Source of the DNA: an uncultured Candidatus Rokubacteria bacterium
GTDB taxonomy: Bacteria; Methylomirabilota; Methylomirabilia; Rokubacteriales; CSP1-6
DNA: 64,000 nucleotides
Direction of reading: 5' to 3'
NCBI GenBank assembly: GCA_963747235.1
Contig: CAVVEU010000024.1
Location: 128,001-192,000 of the forward strand
Shown here: positions 19,441-31,571 of the stretch, one piece after another
Layout: every line of letters starts with the position of its first letter
Numbering within the stretch: position 1 is the stretch's first letter
Notes under the pieces: generated by a model
What the model was told of the DNA's origin: nothing
The model's input: the letters and a program-made list of their open reading frames with translations, nothing else
Databases searched by the model: none
Program-made: the position numbers and the translations under genes

Positions 19441-19727
19441 GGGATCCGCGCTCGGTGCTCGTCCGCCCCCTGATGACGGAGAAGAGCATGCAGCAGAAGG
19501 AAGCCACGAACACGGTGACCTTCGAGGTGGCGGTGGACGCCAACAAGGTGGAGATCCGCCACGCGGTGGAGAAGGTCTTCAACGTGAAGGTCGCGGACGT
19601 GCGCACCCAGGCCCGCGAGGGCAAGTGGAAGCGCATGGGCAAGTTCGAGGGCCGGCGGCGGAGCTGGAAGAAGGCCATGGTCACGCTGGCCCCCGGTCAC
19701 AAGATCGAGCTCGTGGAGGGCGCCTAG
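19437..19727 (+). CDS. rplW: 50S ribosomal protein L23
   Basis: [27 protein letters not shown]; ATGA overlap with rplD. Confidence 0.97.
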   Translation: MRDPRSVLVRPLMTEKSMQQKEATNTVTFEVAVDANKVEIRHAVEKVFNVKVADVRTQAREGKWKRMGKFEGRRRSWKKAMVTLAPGHKIELVEGA

Positions 19728-19731
19728 CACC

Positions 19732-20556
19732 ATGGGAATCCGCACCGTCAAGCCCACGTCGCCGGCCCGGCGCTACATGACCTTCGTCACCAACGAAGAC
19801 ATCACGAAGAAGACGCCGGAGAAGAGCCTGCTGAGCCCCAAGCGCCGCACCAACGGGCGCAACGTCCACGGCCGCATCACGGTGCGGCATCGGGGCGGCG
19901 GGGCCAAGCGCATGCTCCGCGACGTGGACTTCCGCCGCGAGAAGTTCGGTATCCCGGCCAAGGTGGCGGGGATCGAGTACGATCCGGGCCGCTCCGCGCG
20001 CATCGCCCTGCTCCACTACCGGGACGGCGAGAAGCGCTACATCATCGCGCCGCTCGGGCTCAAGCCCGGTGACATCCTGATGTCGGGGCCGCAGGCCGAC
20101 ATCCTGCCCGGCAACGCGCTGCCGATCCGGAACATCCCGCTGGGCACGCTCGTGCACAACGTGGAGCTGCAGCCGGGCAAGGGCGGCCAGCTCTGCCGCA
20201 GCGCGGGCACGCTCGCCCAGGTCCTGGCCAAGGAAGGCGACCACGCCAACATCAAGCTGCCCTCCGGCGAGGTCCGGCAGGTGAAGCTCGACTGCATGGC
20301 CACCATCGGCCAGGTGGGCAACCTCGATCACGAGAACGTGTCCATCGGCAAGGCCGGGCGCGTGCGGTGGAAGGGATTCCGCCCGACCGTGCGCGGCACC
20401 GTGATGAACCCGGTGGACCATCCGATGGGCGGCGGCGAGGGCAAGGGCAAGGGCAACCATCCCATGACGCCCTGGGGCAAGCCGACCAAGGGCTACAAGA
20501 CGCGGCGCGGCGCGCGACCGTCGGATCGCTACATCGTGACCCGGCGGACGAAATAG
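19732..20556 (+). CDS. rplB: 50S ribosomal protein L2
   Basis: [37 protein letters not shown]. Confidence 0.99.
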   Translation: MGIRTVKPTSPARRYMTFVTNEDITKKTPEKSLLSPKRRTNGRNVHGRITVRHRGGGAKRMLRDVDFRREKFGIPAKVAGIEYDPGRSARIALLHYRDGEKRYIIAPLGLKPGDILMSGPQADILPGNALPIRNIPLGTLVHNVELQPGKGGQLCRSAGTLAQVLAKEGDHANIKLPSGEVRQVKLDCMATIGQVGNLDHENVSIGKAGRVRWKGFRPTVRGTVMNPVDHPMGGGEGKGKGNHPMTPWGKPTKGYKTRRGARPSDRYIVTRRTK

Positions 20557-20571
20557 GGGGCGGGACAGACC

Positions 20572-20865
20572 ATGGGACGGTCGACGAAGAAGGGCCCGTA
20601 CATCGAGGAGCGCCTCGAGAAGCGCGTCGAGGAGCTGAACCGCACGCGCCAGAAGAAGGTGCTCAAGACCTGGTCGCGGCGGTCCACCATCATCCCCGAG
20701 TTCGTGGGGCACACGCTCGCGGTGCACAACGGCAAGAAGTTCATCCCGGTGTACATCACCGAGAACATGGTGGGGCACCGCCTCGGCGAGTTCGCTCTGA
20801 CGCGTACCTTCAAGGCGCACGGGCAGGCCGAGAAGGCCTCCGCCTCTCCGACCGGGAAGTCCTGA
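20572..20865 (+). CDS. rpsS: 30S ribosomal protein S19
   Basis: [24 protein letters not shown]. Confidence 0.99.
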   Translation: MGRSTKKGPYIEERLEKRVEELNRTRQKKVLKTWSRRSTIIPEFVGHTLAVHNGKKFIPVYITENMVGHRLGEFALTRTFKAHGQAEKASASPTGKS

Positions 20866-20867
20866 GC

Positions 20868-21242
20868 ATGCGCACCAAGGCGACCGCGCGGTACATCCGG
20901 GTGCCCGCCTCCAAGGCCCGCCTCGTCCTGGATCACATCCGGGGCAAGTCGGTGGGGGAGGCGCTGGCGACGCTCCAGTACACCCCGAAGGCGGCCGGCC
21001 GCCTGATCGAGAAGGTGCTGCGCTCCGCCATCGCCAACGCGGAGCACAACCACCAGGTGCGGAATCTCGACGACCTCCGGGTCGTCAAGGCGGTGGCCGA
21101 CGGCGGGCCGTCCATGAAGCGGGTGTCCCCGCGGGCGATGGGGCGCGCCTACTTCATCAAGCATCGCACGAGCCATCTCACCATCGAGCTGAGCGACGAG
21201 ACGGTCGCCGGGCGCGCGGCGGCGCGGGGAGACAAGAGGTAG
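20868..21242 (+). CDS. rplV: 50S ribosomal protein L22
   Basis: [28 protein letters not shown]; start ATG 20868. Confidence 0.97.
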   Translation: MRTKATARYIRVPASKARLVLDHIRGKSVGEALATLQYTPKAAGRLIEKVLRSAIANAEHNHQVRNLDDLRVVKAVADGGPSMKRVSPRAMGRAYFIKHRTSHLTIELSDETVAGRAAARGDKR

Positions 21243-21244
21243 TC

Positions 21245-21895
21245 ATGGGCCAGAAGACACATCCGATCGGGTTCCGGCTGGGGGCCACGCGCACGTGGAG
21301 CTCGCGCTGGTTCGCCACCAAGGGTTACGCGGCGCTGCTGCACGAGGACCACAAGATCCGCCGCTACATCAAGTCGGCGCTGTACCACGCGGGGATCTCG
21401 CGGATCGACATCGAGCGGTCGGCCAACCGGGCGCGCATCACCATCTTCACGGCCCGGCCCGGCATCATCATCGGCCGCAAGGGGGCCGAGGTGGAGAAGC
21501 TCAAGAACGAGATCCAGATGCGGACCGCGAAGGAGGTCTACCTCAACATCGAAGAGGTGGTGCATCCGGAGCTGGACGCGCAGCTGGTGGCTGAGAACGT
21601 GGCCCTGCAGCTCCAGAAGCGGGTGGCCTTCCGGCGCGCGATGAAGAAGGCGGTCACCTCCGCGCTGCGGCTCGGCGCCGACGGGATCCGGATCGCCTGC
21701 TCCGGGCGCCTGGGCGGCTCGGAGATCGCGCGGCGCGAGTGGTACCGCGACGGCCGGGTACCGCTGCACACCATCCGCGCCGACATCGACTACGGGCTCG
21801 CGGAGGCGCACACCACGTTCGGGGCGATCGGGGTAAAGGTCTGGATCTTCAAGGGTGAGGTGCTCCCCACCCAGAAAGTCGCCGCCGAGGGCTAA
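21245..21895 (+). CDS. rpsC: 30S ribosomal protein S3
   Basis: [28 protein letters not shown]. Confidence 0.99.
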   Translation: MGQKTHPIGFRLGATRTWSSRWFATKGYAALLHEDHKIRRYIKSALYHAGISRIDIERSANRARITIFTARPGIIIGRKGAEVEKLKNEIQMRTAKEVYLNIEEVVHPELDAQLVAENVALQLQKRVAFRRAMKKAVTSALRLGADGIRIACSGRLGGSEIARREWYRDGRVPLHTIRADIDYGLAEAHTTFGAIGVKVWIFKGEVLPTQKVAAEG

Positions 21896-21901
21896 GACGC
21901 C

Positions 21902-22318
21902 ATGTTGATGCCCAAGCGCGTCAAGTATCGCAAGGCCCAGCGCGGCCGCATGAAGGGCAAGGCGCAGCGTGGCTCTACCCTGGCCTTCGGCGAGTTCGGG
22001 CTCAAGGCGCTCGAGCCGGGCTGGGTCACCAACCGTCAGATCGAGGCGGCGCGGGTGTCGCTGGCCCGCAGCGTGAAGCGCGGCGGGAAGATCTTCATCC
22101 GCATCTTCCCGGACAAGCCGGTGACCAAGAAGCCCGCGGAGACGCGGATGGGCAAGGGCAAGGGCAACCCGGAGTTCTGGGTGGCGGTGGTCAAGCCCGG
22201 CCGCATCATGTACGAGATGGAGGGCGTGGACGAGGCGACGGCCAAGGAGGGCTTCCGCCTGGCCGCCCAGAAGATCGGTATCAAGACCAAGTTCGTGACC
22301 CGCGTGCGAGCGCTGTGA
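21902..22318 (+). CDS. rplP: 50S ribosomal protein L16
   Basis: [20 protein letters not shown]. Confidence 0.99.
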   Translation: MLMPKRVKYRKAQRGRMKGKAQRGSTLAFGEFGLKALEPGWVTNRQIEAARVSLARSVKRGGKIFIRIFPDKPVTKKPAETRMGKGKGNPEFWVAVVKPGRIMYEMEGVDEATAKEGFRLAAQKIGIKTKFVTRVRAL

Positions 22319-22333
22319 GGCACTGAGGCGACC

Positions 22334-22540
22334 ATGAAGGCGGCCAAGTGGCGTGAGATGTCCGACGACGAGCTGCAGCAGAAGGCCCAGGAGCTCGGTG
22401 AGGAGCTCTTCAACCTGAGGTTCCAGCTCTCCATGGGCGTGGCCAAGAATCCGGCGCGGGTGGCGATCGCCCGGCGGGATCTGGCCCGGGCCCAGACCAT
22501 TCTCCGGGAGCGGGCGCTGCGCATCCCGCGGCCGGCGTAG
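22334..22540 (+). CDS. rpmC: 50S ribosomal protein L29
   Basis: [19 protein letters not shown]; operon position. Confidence 0.96.
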   Translation: MKAAKWREMSDDELQQKAQELGEELFNLRFQLSMGVAKNPARVAIARRDLARAQTILRERALRIPRPA

Positions 22541-22562
22541 CCGGGTTGGGGAGGAGCGAATC

Positions 22563-22811
22563 GTGGGCGTGAAGAAGACGCGTGAAGGCGTGGTGGTCAG
22601 CGACAAGATGACGAAGACGCGGGTGGTGCGCATCGAGCGCGTGTTCCGTCACCCGCGCTACCAGCGTGTGATCACCCGGTCGAAGCGCCTGAAGGCGCAC
22701 GACGAGCAGAACGCGAGCAAGGTGGGGGACCGGGTGCTGATCGAGGAGACGCGGCCGCTGTCGAGGGAAAAGCGGTGGCGGATCCTGCAGGTGCTGGCGA
22801 GCGCGTCATGA
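22563..22811 (+). CDS. rpsQ: 30S ribosomal protein S17
   Basis: [22 protein letters not shown]. Confidence 0.97.
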   Translation: MGVKKTREGVVVSDKMTKTRVVRIERVFRHPRYQRVITRSKRLKAHDEQNASKVGDRVLIEETRPLSREKRWRILQVLASAS

Positions 22812-23176
22812 TCCAGCCTCGCTCGATGCTCGACGTGGCGGACAACTCGGGAGCCAAGAAGGTCCAGTGCATCCGGGTCATGGGCGGCGCCAACAAGCGC
22901 TACGCCTCTCTCGGCGACGTGGTGGTGGTGGCGGTGAAGGAGGCGGTGCCGGACGGGACCGTGAAGAAGGGCGAGGTGGCGCGCGCGGTGGTGGTGCGTA
23001 CCGTCAAGGAGGTGGGGCGCCGCGACGGCTCCTACATCCGCTTCGACCGGAACGCGGTGGTGCTGCTCAAGGCGGACGACAACCCGGTGGGCACGCGCAT
23101 CTTCGGGCCGGTGGCGCGGGAGCTGCGGGACAAGCAGTTCACCAAGATCATCTCCCTCGCTCCCGAGGTCATCTAG
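22808..23176 (+). CDS. rplN: 50S ribosomal protein L14
   Basis: [30 protein letters not shown]; start ATG 22808. Confidence 0.99.
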   Translation: MIQPRSMLDVADNSGAKKVQCIRVMGGANKRYASLGDVVVVAVKEAVPDGTVKKGEVARAVVVRTVKEVGRRDGSYIRFDRNAVVLLKADDNPVGTRIFGPVARELRDKQFTKIISLAPEVI

Positions 23177-23186
23177 AGGACGCTCA

Positions 23187-23513
23187 ATGGCGATCGCGCA
23201 CGTGCGGAAGGGCGATACGGTGATCGTGGTGGCGGGCAAGGAGCGCGGCAAGAAGGGCAAGGTGCTGCGCGTGATTCCCGAGAAGGGCCGGGTGGTGGTG
23301 GAGCGCATCAACATGATCAAGAAGCACCAGCGGCCCACCCAGAAGATCCGGCAGGGCGGGATCATCGAGCGCGAGGGAGCGATCCACCTCTCCAACGTGA
23401 TGCTGGTGGATCCCGGCAGCGACAAGCCGACGCGCGTCGGGATGAAGGCGCTGTCCGACGGCAAGAAGGTCCGGGTGGCCAGACGGTCGGGCGAGATGCT
23501 CGACAAGGCGTGA
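23187..23513 (+). CDS. rplX: 50S ribosomal protein L24
   Basis: [20 protein letters not shown] motif, IHLSNV. Confidence 0.98.
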   Translation: MAIAHVRKGDTVIVVAGKERGKKGKVLRVIPEKGRVVVERINMIKKHQRPTQKIRQGGIIEREGAIHLSNVMLVDPGSDKPTRVGMKALSDGKKVRVARRSGEMLDKA

Positions 23514-23520
23514 GGGCGTG

Positions 23521-24231
23521 ATGGCAGAGCCGAAGAAGGCGGACAAGGCACCGGGAGGGAAGGGCGGCGGAGCCGCGGCGGGGCGCGGAGGACAGGCCCC
23601 CGCGCGGCCCAAGGGCGGCAAGGGCGCGCCCGCGACGGGCGCTCCGGGACAGCCGGCCAAGCGGGCCAGCGTCAGCGGAACGGTGCCGCCCCGGATGCGC
23701 GAGCGCTTCCGGACCGCGGTGGTCCCGGCCATGATGAAGGAGCGCGGCTACGGCAATCCGTTCCAGGTGCCGCGGCTCGCGAAGGTCGTGATCAACATGG
23801 GGGTGGGCGAGGGCAAGGAGAACGCGAAGGTGCTGGACTTCGCCACCGCGGACCTGCAGGCGATCTCGGGCCAGAAGCCGATCATCACCCGGGCCAAGAA
23901 GTCGATCGCCAACTTCAAGCTGCGCGAGAACGTGCCGATCGGCTGCAAGGTCACCCTGCGCGGGCCGCGCATGTACGAGTTCCTGGACCGGCTCGTCAAC
24001 GTGGCGCTGCCGCGGGTGCGGGACTTCAAGGGCGTGCCCCCCAAGGGCTTCGACGGCCGCGGCAACTACAACATGGGACTCAAGGAGCAGATCATCTTCC
24101 CCGAGATCGTGTACGACAAGGTGGACAAGGTCCGCGGCATGGACATCACGATGGTTACGACCGCGCGCACCGACGAGGAGGCGAAGGCCCTCTTGACGCA
24201 CCTGGGTGTGCCGTTCCGGACGGAGGCCTGA
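23521..24231 (+). CDS. rplE: 50S ribosomal protein L5 with low-complexity N-terminal extension
   Basis: [30 protein letters not shown]; first ~55 aa are G/A/K/P-rich. Confidence 0.97.
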   Translation: MAEPKKADKAPGGKGGGAAAGRGGQAPARPKGGKGAPATGAPGQPAKRASVSGTVPPRMRERFRTAVVPAMMKERGYGNPFQVPRLAKVVINMGVGEGKENAKVLDFATADLQAISGQKPIITRAKKSIANFKLRENVPIGCKVTLRGPRMYEFLDRLVNVALPRVRDFKGVPPKGFDGRGNYNMGLKEQIIFPEIVYDKVDKVRGMDITMVTTARTDEEAKALLTHLGVPFRTEA

Positions 24232-24233
24232 TC

Positions 24234-24419
24234 ATGGCCAAGACCTCGCTCATCATCAAGCAGCAGCGCCCGCCCAAGTTCAAGTCGCGCGCCTACACGC
24301 GCTGCAAGATCTGCGGCCGGCCCCGCGGCTTCCTGCGGAAGTTCCAGACGTGCCGGATCTGCTTTCGCGAGCTCGCGCTCAAGGGCGAGGTGCCCGGCGT
24401 GATCAAGGCGAGCTGGTAG
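24234..24419 (+). CDS. rpsN: 30S ribosomal protein S14 (61-aa Zn-binding type Z)
   Basis: RCKICGRP...CRICFRELA. Confidence 0.97.
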   Translation: MAKTSLIIKQQRPPKFKSRAYTRCKICGRPRGFLRKFQTCRICFRELALKGEVPGVIKASW

Positions 24420-24423
24420 CGCC

Positions 24424-24816
24424 ATGTACAGCGATCCGATCGCCGACTTCCTCACGCGCATCCGCAACGCGAGCCGCGCCGAGCACGAGAAGGTGGACAT
24501 CCCGTCGTCGAAGCTCAAGCTGCGCATGGCCGAGATCCTCAAGGACGAGGGGTTCATCAAGAACTTCCGGATCATCGAGGACAACAAGCAGGGCACGCTG
24601 CGCGTCTACCTCAAGTACGTGGGCAGCGAGAAGATCATCTCCGGGATCGTGCGGGTGTCGCGTCCCGGACGGCGTATCTACGTGACCAAGGACAAGATCC
24701 CCACCATTCTGGGCGGCATGGGGGTGGCGATTCTCTCCACCTCCGCCGGAGTGATGACGGACCGCCAGGTGCGCAAGCAGCACCTGGGCGGCGAAGTGCT
24801 GGCCTACGTCTGGTAG
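24424..24816 (+). CDS. rpsH: 30S ribosomal protein S8
   Basis: [32 protein letters not shown]. Confidence 0.99.
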   Translation: MYSDPIADFLTRIRNASRAEHEKVDIPSSKLKLRMAEILKDEGFIKNFRIIEDNKQGTLRVYLKYVGSEKIISGIVRVSRPGRRIYVTKDKIPTILGGMGVAILSTSAGVMTDRQVRKQHLGGEVLAYVW

Positions 24817-24830
24817 GAGTGACCCGAGCC

Positions 24831-25373
24831 ATGTCGCGAATCGGTAAGAAGCCCATTCCGGTCCCCCCGGGAGTCAAGGTCGCGCTGGAAGGCGCCACCG
24901 TGAAGGCGGAGGGGCCCAAGGGCAAGCTGAGCCAGTCGATCCCGTCCGGGGTCTCGGTGTCGATGGACTCCAACGTCCTCACCGTCGCCCGGGACTCCGA
25001 CCATCGCAACGTCCGCGCGCTGCACGGGCTGACGCGGTCGCTGATCGCCAACATGGTCACCGGGGTCAAGGACGGCTTCGAGCGGAAGCTCGAGATCGTC
25101 GGGATCGGCTACCGCTGCCAGCTCCAGGGCAAGGCCCTGCAGCTCGCCCTCGGCTACTCGCATCCCGTCATCTTCCCGCTCCCCGAGGGCATCCAGGCCG
25201 AGGTGGAGCGGCAGGTCTCGATCACCCTGCGGGGCGCCGACAAGGCCCTGCTCGGCCAGACCGCGGCCAAGCTGCGGGCCCTGCGGAAGCCGGACCCCTA
25301 CAAGGGCAAGGGCATCAAGTACGCGGACGAGCACATCCGGAGAAAAGTGGGCAAGAAGGCGGGGGCCAAGTAA
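24831..25373 (+). CDS. rplF: 50S ribosomal protein L6
   Basis: [20 protein letters not shown]; start ATG 24831. Confidence 0.98.
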   Translation: MSRIGKKPIPVPPGVKVALEGATVKAEGPKGKLSQSIPSGVSVSMDSNVLTVARDSDHRNVRALHGLTRSLIANMVTGVKDGFERKLEIVGIGYRCQLQGKALQLALGYSHPVIFPLPEGIQAEVERQVSITLRGADKALLGQTAAKLRALRKPDPYKGKGIKYADEHIRRKVGKKAGAK

Positions 25374-25738
25374 TGCTGACCGGACAGAAGGTCCAGGGGC
25401 GGAAGGTGCGGCACCTCCGCATCCGCGCGCGGGTGATCGGCACCGCGGAGCGGCCGCGGCTGGCCGTGTTCCGGAGCCTGAATCACATCTACGCCCAGGT
25501 CGTGGACGATACCACCGGGCGGACGCTGGCCGCGGTGGACAGCCGGGCCCCCGACTTCCGCCAGAAGGCGAAGGCGGGCGGCAACGTGGCCGCGGCCAAG
25601 ATCGTGGGAGAGCTGCTGGCCCAGCGCGCGAAGGCGCACGGCATCACGCAGGTCGTGTTCGATCGCGGCGGCTATCAGTACCACGGGCGTGTGAAGGCCC
25701 TGGCCGAGGCGGCGCGCGCCGCCGGCCTTGCGTTCTAG
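25373..25738 (+). CDS. rplR: 50S ribosomal protein L18
   Basis: [28 protein letters not shown]. Confidence 0.98.
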   Translation: MLTGQKVQGRKVRHLRIRARVIGTAERPRLAVFRSLNHIYAQVVDDTTGRTLAAVDSRAPDFRQKAKAGGNVAAAKIVGELLAQRAKAHGITQVVFDRGGYQYHGRVKALAEAARAAGLAF

Positions 25739-25752
25739 GAGAGGAGCACCGA

Positions 25753-26283
25753 GTGGCGGAAGCGCGGATTGATCCGAATTCACTGGACCTGACCGACCGG
25801 GTGGTTGCCATCAACCGAGTGGCCAAGGTGGTCAAGGGCGGCCGGCGGTTCTCGTTCACGGCCCTGGTGGTGGTGGGCGACGGGCAGGGACACGTGGGGG
25901 TCGGGCTGGGCAAGGCCCGCGAGGTTCCCGAGGCGATCCGCAAGTCGGTCGAGCACGCCAAGAAGGACCTGCTGCTGGTGCCCCTCAAGGACACGACGAT
26001 TCCCTGCGAGATCACCGGCCACTTCGGCGCCGCGCGCGTGTATCTCAAGCCGGCCGCGCAGGGAACCGGGGTCATCGCGGGCGGGGCGGTGCGCCCGGTG
26101 CTGGAAGCGGCGGGGGTGCAGGACATCCTCACCAAGACGCTCGGCACCAACAACCCGCACAACGTGCTGAAGGCCACGATGGACGCGTTCCGGCGGCTGA
26201 AGCGGCTGCAGTCCACGTACGCGGCGCGGCGGCGGTCCATGGAAGGCGACGCGCAGGAGGCGACCGGTGGCAAAGAAGCTTAA
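25753..26283 (+). CDS. rpsE: 30S ribosomal protein S5
   Basis: [24 protein letters not shown]. Confidence 0.99.
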   Translation: MAEARIDPNSLDLTDRVVAINRVAKVVKGGRRFSFTALVVVGDGQGHVGVGLGKAREVPEAIRKSVEHAKKDLLLVPLKDTTIPCEITGHFGAARVYLKPAAQGTGVIAGGAVRPVLEAAGVQDILTKTLGTNNPHNVLKATMDAFRRLKRLQSTYAARRRSMEGDAQEATGGKEA

Positions 26284-26449
26284 GGTGACGCTGGTGAGGA
26301 GCATCATCGGGCTCTCCCCGAAGCAGGAGGGCACCGTGCACGCGCTCGGCCTGCGCCACATCCGCCAGGTCGTGGAGCACGACGACACGCCCACCATCCG
26401 CGGCATGATCAGCCACGTGGTGTTCGCCATTGAGGTAGAAGAGTCATGA
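26267..26449 (+). CDS. rpmD: 50S ribosomal protein L30
   Basis: [26 protein letters not shown]. Confidence 0.96.
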   Translation: MAKKLKVTLVRSIIGLSPKQEGTVHALGLRHIRQVVEHDDTPTIRGMISHVVFAIEVEES

Positions 26450-26922
26450 GACTCGAGGATCTGAGGCCGGCGCCGGGATCCACCAAGAAGCGCAAGCGGA
26501 TCGGCCGCGGCCCGGGCTCCGGTCACGGCAAGACGTCGGGCAAGGGGCACAAGGGACTCAACGCGCGGTCCGGCGGCGGCGCGCGGCCGGGCTTCGAGGG
26601 TGGCCAGATGCCGCTCTACCGGCGGCTGCCCAAGCGCGGCTTCCTGCCCTACGGCGGCAAGACCGAGTTCGCCATCGTCAACGTCGGCGAGCTGTCCACC
26701 CGGTTCGCGGCGGGGAGCGTGGTGGATCCGGAGACGCTGGTGATGAACGGGCTGATCCGCAAGTCGGGCCGCGGCGCGGTCAAGATCCTGGGCGACGGCG
26801 ACGTCGCGCACGCCCTCACGGTGCGCGTCCACAAGGTCAGCGGGGCGGCCAAGCAGAAGCTCGAGGCGGCGGGTGGCCGCGTCGAGGCGCTGCCCGGCAA
26901 GGGCACGGGGACCCGCAAGTGA
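26446..26922 (+). CDS. rplO: 50S ribosomal protein L15
   Basis: [35 protein letters not shown]. Confidence 0.99.
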   Translation: MRLEDLRPAPGSTKKRKRIGRGPGSGHGKTSGKGHKGLNARSGGGARPGFEGGQMPLYRRLPKRGFLPYGGKTEFAIVNVGELSTRFAAGSVVDPETLVMNGLIRKSGRGAVKILGDGDVAHALTVRVHKVSGAAKQKLEAAGGRVEALPGKGTGTRK

Positions 26923-28226
26923 TCGAAGGGCTGCAGAGCTTCCAGAACATCTTCAAGGTTCCGGAGCTCAAGCGCCGCGTCATCATGACGCTGGTGCTGC
27001 TCGCGGCCTACCGGCTGGGCGCCCACGTGCCCACCCCGGGCATCGACGCGGCGGCCCTCGCCGAGTTCTTCAACCAGGTGCAGGGCACCCTGCTCGGCAT
27101 GGTGGACCTCTTCTCGGGGGGCAACCTCCGGCGCCTCACCGTGTTCGCGCTCGGGATCATGCCGTACATCTCGGCGTCGATCATCCTCCAGCTCCTCACG
27201 GTGGTCATTCCCGCGCTGGAGCGGCTCGCCAAGGAAGGCGAGGCGGGCAAGAAGAAGATCACCCAGTACACCCGCTACGGCACCATCGGCCTCTCGCTCG
27301 TGCAGTCGTTCGGCATCGCGGTGGGCCTCGAGAGCATGCGGAGCCAGACCGGCGCCATCCTGGTCCCGGATCCGGGCTGGGGCTTCCGGCTCATGACCAT
27401 GCTGACCCTGACCACCGGGACCGCGCTGATCATGTGGCTCGGCGAGCAGATCTCCGAGAAGGGGATCGGCAACGGGATCTCCCTGATCATCTTCGCGGGC
27501 ATCGTGGTGCGCCTGCCCTCCGCGATCGTGTCGTCCTACACCCTCATCTCCACCGGCGAGCTCAAGCTCTTCGTGTTCCTGGGCCTGATCATCATGATGG
27601 TGGCGGTGACCGCGGCGGTGGTGGTGATGCAGGAGGGCCAGCGCAAGATCCCGGTGCAATATGCCAAGCGCGTGGTGGGCCGGCGGATGTACGGCGGCCA
27701 GTCCACCCACATCCCGCTGCGCATCAATACCGCGGGCGTCATCCCGGTCATCTTCGCCTCGTCGCTGATCCTGTTCCCGGCGACCCTGACGCGCTTCATC
27801 CACCACCCGTGGATGCAGTACATCTCGGAGGCGCTGTCGCCCGGGCACTTCACCTACACCGTGCTCTACTGCGCCCTGATCATCTTCTTCGCGTACTTCT
27901 ACACCGCGATCGTCTTCAACCCGGTGGATCTCGCCGACAACATGAAGAAGTACGGCGGGTTCATCCCGGGGGTGCGGCCCGGCAAGAAGACGGCGGAGTA
28001 CATCGACAAGACGTTGACCCGGATCACGCTGCCCGGGGCGATGTTCCTGGCCCTGATCTCGGTGTTGCCCGACTTCCTGATCCAGTGGTTCAACACCCCG
28101 TTCTACTTCGGCGGGACCAGCCTGCTGATCGTGGTCGGCGTCGCGCTCGATACCGTGCGCCAGATGGAATCCCATCTGCTGATGCGCAACTACGAAGGCT
28201 TCCTTCGCAAGAAGGCGAAGGCATGA
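26919..28226 (+). CDS. secY: Preprotein translocase subunit SecY
   Basis: [43 protein letters not shown]. Confidence 0.99.
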   Translation: MIEGLQSFQNIFKVPELKRRVIMTLVLLAAYRLGAHVPTPGIDAAALAEFFNQVQGTLLGMVDLFSGGNLRRLTVFALGIMPYISASIILQLLTVVIPALERLAKEGEAGKKKITQYTRYGTIGLSLVQSFGIAVGLESMRSQTGAILVPDPGWGFRLMTMLTLTTGTALIMWLGEQISEKGIGNGISLIIFAGIVVRLPSAIVSSYTLISTGELKLFVFLGLIIMMVAVTAAVVVMQEGQRKIPVQYAKRVVGRRMYGGQSTHIPLRINTAGVIPVIFASSLILFPATLTRFIHHPWMQYISEALSPGHFTYTVLYCALIIFFAYFYTAIVFNPVDLADNMKKYGGFIPGVRPGKKTAEYIDKTLTRITLPGAMFLALISVLPDFLIQWFNTPFYFGGTSLLIVVGVALDTVRQMESHLLMRNYEGFLRKKAKA

Positions 28227-28882
28227 GCCGCGTGATCTTCCTCGGCGCCCCGGGCGCGGGCAAGGGCACCCAGGCCCGGCGGCTCGCTGCGGGCTCGGGC
28301 GTTCCCCAGGTCGCCACCGGCGACATGCTCCGCGAGGCGGTGACCGCGGGCACGCCGCTCGGGCGCGAGGCCAAACGCTTCATGGACCAGGGCGCGCTCG
28401 TGCCGGACGAGGTCGTGATCGGCCTGGTGGACGAGCGCCTGTCGCGGCCCGACGCGGGCCCGGGCTACGTGCTGGACGGCTTCCCGCGCACCGTGGCCCA
28501 GGCCGAGGCTCTCGACGCGCTGCTGCGCCGGCTCGGCCAGGATCTCGACCGCGTGGTCTTCTTCGACGTCTCGCGGGACGAGCTGCTGCGCCGCCTGACC
28601 GGGCGCCGGGTCTGCCGGCGGTGCGGCACCGCCTTCCACCTGGTCTCGGCCCCGCCCAAGGTGGCCGGCCAGTGCGACCAGTGCGGCGGCGAGCTCTACC
28701 AGCGGGGTGACGACGCGGAGGCCACGGTGGGGCGCCGGCTCGACGTGTACCAGACCCAGACCGCGCCCCTGCTCGACTATTACCGCACGCGCGGCCTGCT
28801 GGTGCGCGTGGCCGGCGAGGGCCCGGTGGACCGGGTGGCCGAGGCGATCCAGAAGGCGGTCAAGGAGCCGGTGGCTTCGTGA
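28223..28882 (+). CDS. adk: Adenylate kinase (Zn-lid type)
   Basis: GAPGAGKGTQA P-loop, LDGFPRT, CRRC/CDQC lid; start ATG 28223. Confidence 0.97.
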   Translation: MSRVIFLGAPGAGKGTQARRLAAGSGVPQVATGDMLREAVTAGTPLGREAKRFMDQGALVPDEVVIGLVDERLSRPDAGPGYVLDGFPRTVAQAEALDALLRRLGQDLDRVVFFDVSRDELLRRLTGRRVCRRCGTAFHLVSAPPKVAGQCDQCGGELYQRGDDAEATVGRRLDVYQTQTAPLLDYYRTRGLLVRVAGEGPVDRVAEAIQKAVKEPVAS

Positions 28883-29640
28883 TCCTCCTCAAGTCGGCGC
28901 GCGAGCTCGGCCACATGCGGGCGGCCGGGCGGATCCTCGCCGAGGTCAAGGACCGCCTGCGCGCGATGGTCAAGCCCGGGATCTCCACCAAGGAGATCGA
29001 CGCGGACGTGGAGGCCTTCATCGTCTCCCGCGGCGCCGCCTCGGCCTTCAAGGGGTACCGGGGATTCCCGGCCACCGTCTGCGTCTCGATCAACGAGGAA
29101 GTGGTGCACGGGATCCCCTCGCCCAAGCGAAAGCTGCGCGAGGGGGACATCGTGGGGCTGGACCTCGGGTGTATCGTCGAGGGGTACTACGCGGACTGCG
29201 CGATCACGCTGCCGGTGGGTCCGGTGCCCCCGCGGGTGCAGGAGCTCCTGGACGTCACCCGGGAGAGCCTGGACAAGGCGATCGTGCAGTGCCGCGCCGG
29301 CAACCGTTTGGGCGATGTCTCCCACGCGGTGCAGACCCATTGCGAGAGCCACGGCTTCGGGGTCGTGCGCGCCTTCGTCGGCCACGGGATCGGGCGGAAT
29401 CTCCACGAGGAGCCGCAGATCCCGAACTTCGGGGACGCGGGACGGGGCCCGGTGATCAAGACGGGCATGGTGCTGGCCATCGAGCCCATGATCACGATGG
29501 GCTCCTGGGAGGTGCGCGTGCTGGAGGATCGCTGGACGGCGGTGACCGCCGACGGGAGCTGGGCCGCGCACTTCGAGGACACCATCGCCATCACGGACGC
29601 GGGCCCTGAGGTGCTGACGCGACTCGATCGCGCGGCCTAG
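28879..29640 (+). CDS. map: Methionine aminopeptidase type I
   Basis: SINEEVVHGIP, GHGIG, HEEP, AIEPM, AHFEDT. Confidence 0.98.
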   Translation: MILLKSARELGHMRAAGRILAEVKDRLRAMVKPGISTKEIDADVEAFIVSRGAASAFKGYRGFPATVCVSINEEVVHGIPSPKRKLREGDIVGLDLGCIVEGYYADCAITLPVGPVPPRVQELLDVTRESLDKAIVQCRAGNRLGDVSHAVQTHCESHGFGVVRAFVGHGIGRNLHEEPQIPNFGDAGRGPVIKTGMVLAIEPMITMGSWEVRVLEDRWTAVTADGSWAAHFEDTIAITDAGPEVLTRLDRAA

Positions 29641-29655
29641 GGGGAACGCGAGTCC

Positions 29656-29874
29656 ATGACCAAGGAAGATGCGATCGAGGTGGAGGGCACGGTGGTGGAG
29701 CCGTTGCCCAACGCGATGTTCCGGGTGGAGCTGGAGAACGGTCATCGGGTGCTGGCCCACGTGTCGGGCAAGATGCGCATGAACTTCATCCGCATCCTGC
29801 CGGGTGACAAGGTGAAGGTGGAGCTGTCACCGTACGACCTCACCCGGGGCCGCATTACGTACCGGTTTAAGTAG
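29656..29874 (+). CDS. infA: Translation initiation factor IF-1
   Basis: [26 protein letters not shown]. Confidence 0.99.
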   Translation: MTKEDAIEVEGTVVEPLPNAMFRVELENGHRVLAHVSGKMRMNFIRILPGDKVKVELSPYDLTRGRITYRFK

Positions 29875-29884
29875 CCGCGTTCGA

Positions 29885-29918
29885 GCTCGGCGAGGCGCAG
29901 CCGAAGGCGAGCCGAGCG
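29885..29918 (+). repeat. REP-like palindromic intergenic element
   Basis: GCTCGG(29885-90) pairs with CCGAGC(29912-17); similar to 3248-3280. Confidence 0.5.
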
Positions 29919-29939
29919 GATATATAAAGGGGTAGGGGA

Positions 29940-30053
29940 ATGAAAGTCAGACCGTCGATCAAAGTTCGGTGCGAGCACTGCAAGGTCGTCCGCCGCGAGG
30001 GCCGCGTGCGGATCATCTGCACGAACCCGCGTCACAAGCAGCGCCAGGGATAG
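29940..30053 (+). CDS. rpmJ: 50S ribosomal protein L36 (Zn-binding form)
   Basis: Not in ORF track; [37 protein letters not shown]. Confidence 0.97.
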   Translation: MKVRPSIKVRCEHCKVVRREGRVRIICTNPRHKQRQG

Positions 30054-30061
30054 GAGCGCAC

Positions 30062-30466
30062 ATGGCACGTATCGCCGGAGTCGACCTGCCGCGGGACAAG
30101 CGGGGCCAGATCGCGGTCCAGTACATCTACGGGATCGGCATCCCGTCCGCCAAGAAGATCTTCGCCGACGCGCGCGTGGATCCCGACAAGCGCGTCAAGA
30201 GCTGGTCGGACGACGAGACGGGCCGGGTGCGCGACATCATCGAGCGCGAGTACAAGGTGGAGGGTGACCTCCGCCGGGAAGTCTCCATGAGCGTGAAGCG
30301 CCTGATGGACATCGGGAGCTATCGCGGCATCCGGCATCGCAAGGGCCTGCCGGTACGCGGGCAGCGGACCCACACGAACGCGCGCACGCGCAAGGGCAAG
30401 AGCAAGGGCGTGATGGTGAAGAAGAAGCCGGTGGCCGCCGCGCCCTCCGCGCCGCCGAAAAAGTAA
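30062..30466 (+). CDS. rpsM: 30S ribosomal protein S13
   Basis: [28 protein letters not shown]; start ATG 30062. Confidence 0.98.
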   Translation: MARIAGVDLPRDKRGQIAVQYIYGIGIPSAKKIFADARVDPDKRVKSWSDDETGRVRDIIEREYKVEGDLRREVSMSVKRLMDIGSYRGIRHRKGLPVRGQRTHTNARTRKGKSKGVMVKKKPVAAAPSAPPKK

Positions 30467-30478
30467 GGAGCCGAGTCG

Positions 30479-30907
30479 ATGGCCGACGCCGCAGAACAGA
30501 AGCCGGACGAAAAAGCCGCCGTCGCGCCCCGCAAGGGCGGGCGCAAGCGGGAGCGCAAGGAGGTCCGCGTGGGCATCGCCCACGTGCAGGCCACCTTCAA
30601 CAACACGATCGTGACCCTGACCGACAAGATGGGCAACGTGGTCTCGTGGGCGAGCGCGGGCAGCGTGGGCTTCAAGGGCTCCCGCAAGAGCACGCCCTTC
30701 GCGGCCCAGACCGCGGCCGAGAACGCGGCCCGCAAGGCGATGGAAGTGGGCCTCAAGCAGGTGGAGGTGTTCGTGCGCGGCCCGGGGGCCGGGCGCGAGG
30801 CGGCCATCCGCTCGCTGCAGGCGGTGGGGCTGGAGATCACCGCCATCCGTGACGTGACCCCGATTCCGCACAACGGCTGCCGGCCGCCCAAGCGGCGACG
30901 CGTGTAG
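30479..30907 (+). CDS. rpsK: 30S ribosomal protein S11
   Basis: [39 protein letters not shown]. Confidence 0.99.
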   Translation: MADAAEQKPDEKAAVAPRKGGRKRERKEVRVGIAHVQATFNNTIVTLTDKMGNVVSWASAGSVGFKGSRKSTPFAAQTAAENAARKAMEVGLKQVEVFVRGPGAGREAAIRSLQAVGLEITAIRDVTPIPHNGCRPPKRRRV

Positions 30908-30919
30908 GAGGAGACGTAA

Positions 30920-31543
30920 GTGGCACGATATCGAGCCGCCGTTTGCCGGCAGTGCCGGCGTGAGGGCATCAAGCTGTTCCTGAAAGGTTCTCGCTGCTTC
31001 ACCGACAAGTGCGCGATCGAGCGGAGGAACTATCCGCCGGGCCAGCACGGCCTGGGGCGCACGAAGCCGACCCAGTACGGCATTCAGCTCCGCGAGAAGC
31101 AGAAGGCCAAGCGCATCTACGGAGTGCTGGAGGCGCAGTTCCGCCGCTACTTCGAGTGGGCCGAGGCCGAGAAGGGCATCACCGGCGAGAACCTGCTCAA
31201 GTTCCTCGAGCGGCGCCTCGACAACGTGGTGTTCCGTCTCGGCATGGCCGCCTCCCGCCGGGAGGCCCGGCAGATGATCGGCCACGGGCACATCCAGGTG
31301 AACGGGCGGAAGGTGTCGATCCCGTCCTTCATCGTGAAGGTGGGTGAGGTGGTGCAGCTGCGCCCGACCTCCAAGATGCAGGAGCGGGTCGCCGATAACC
31401 TGACCGCGGGGCGCTCACCGGTGCCGCCGTGGCTGGATCTGGACGTCAACGACAAGAAGGGCACGGTGCGCGGGCTTCCGCTGCGGGAAGATATCCAGAT
31501 CCCGGTGCAGGAGCAGCTCATCGTCGAGTTGTTCTCGAAGTAG
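30920..31543 (+). CDS. rpsD: 30S ribosomal protein S4 (Zn-binding type)
   Basis: CRQCRREG...C...[19 protein letters not shown]. Confidence 0.98.
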   Translation: MARYRAAVCRQCRREGIKLFLKGSRCFTDKCAIERRNYPPGQHGLGRTKPTQYGIQLREKQKAKRIYGVLEAQFRRYFEWAEAEKGITGENLLKFLERRLDNVVFRLGMAASRREARQMIGHGHIQVNGRKVSIPSFIVKVGEVVQLRPTSKMQERVADNLTAGRSPVPPWLDLDVNDKKGTVRGLPLREDIQIPVQEQLIVELFSK

Positions 31544-31571
31544 GCGGCCGACCCGCCGCCAGAAGGGGCAT

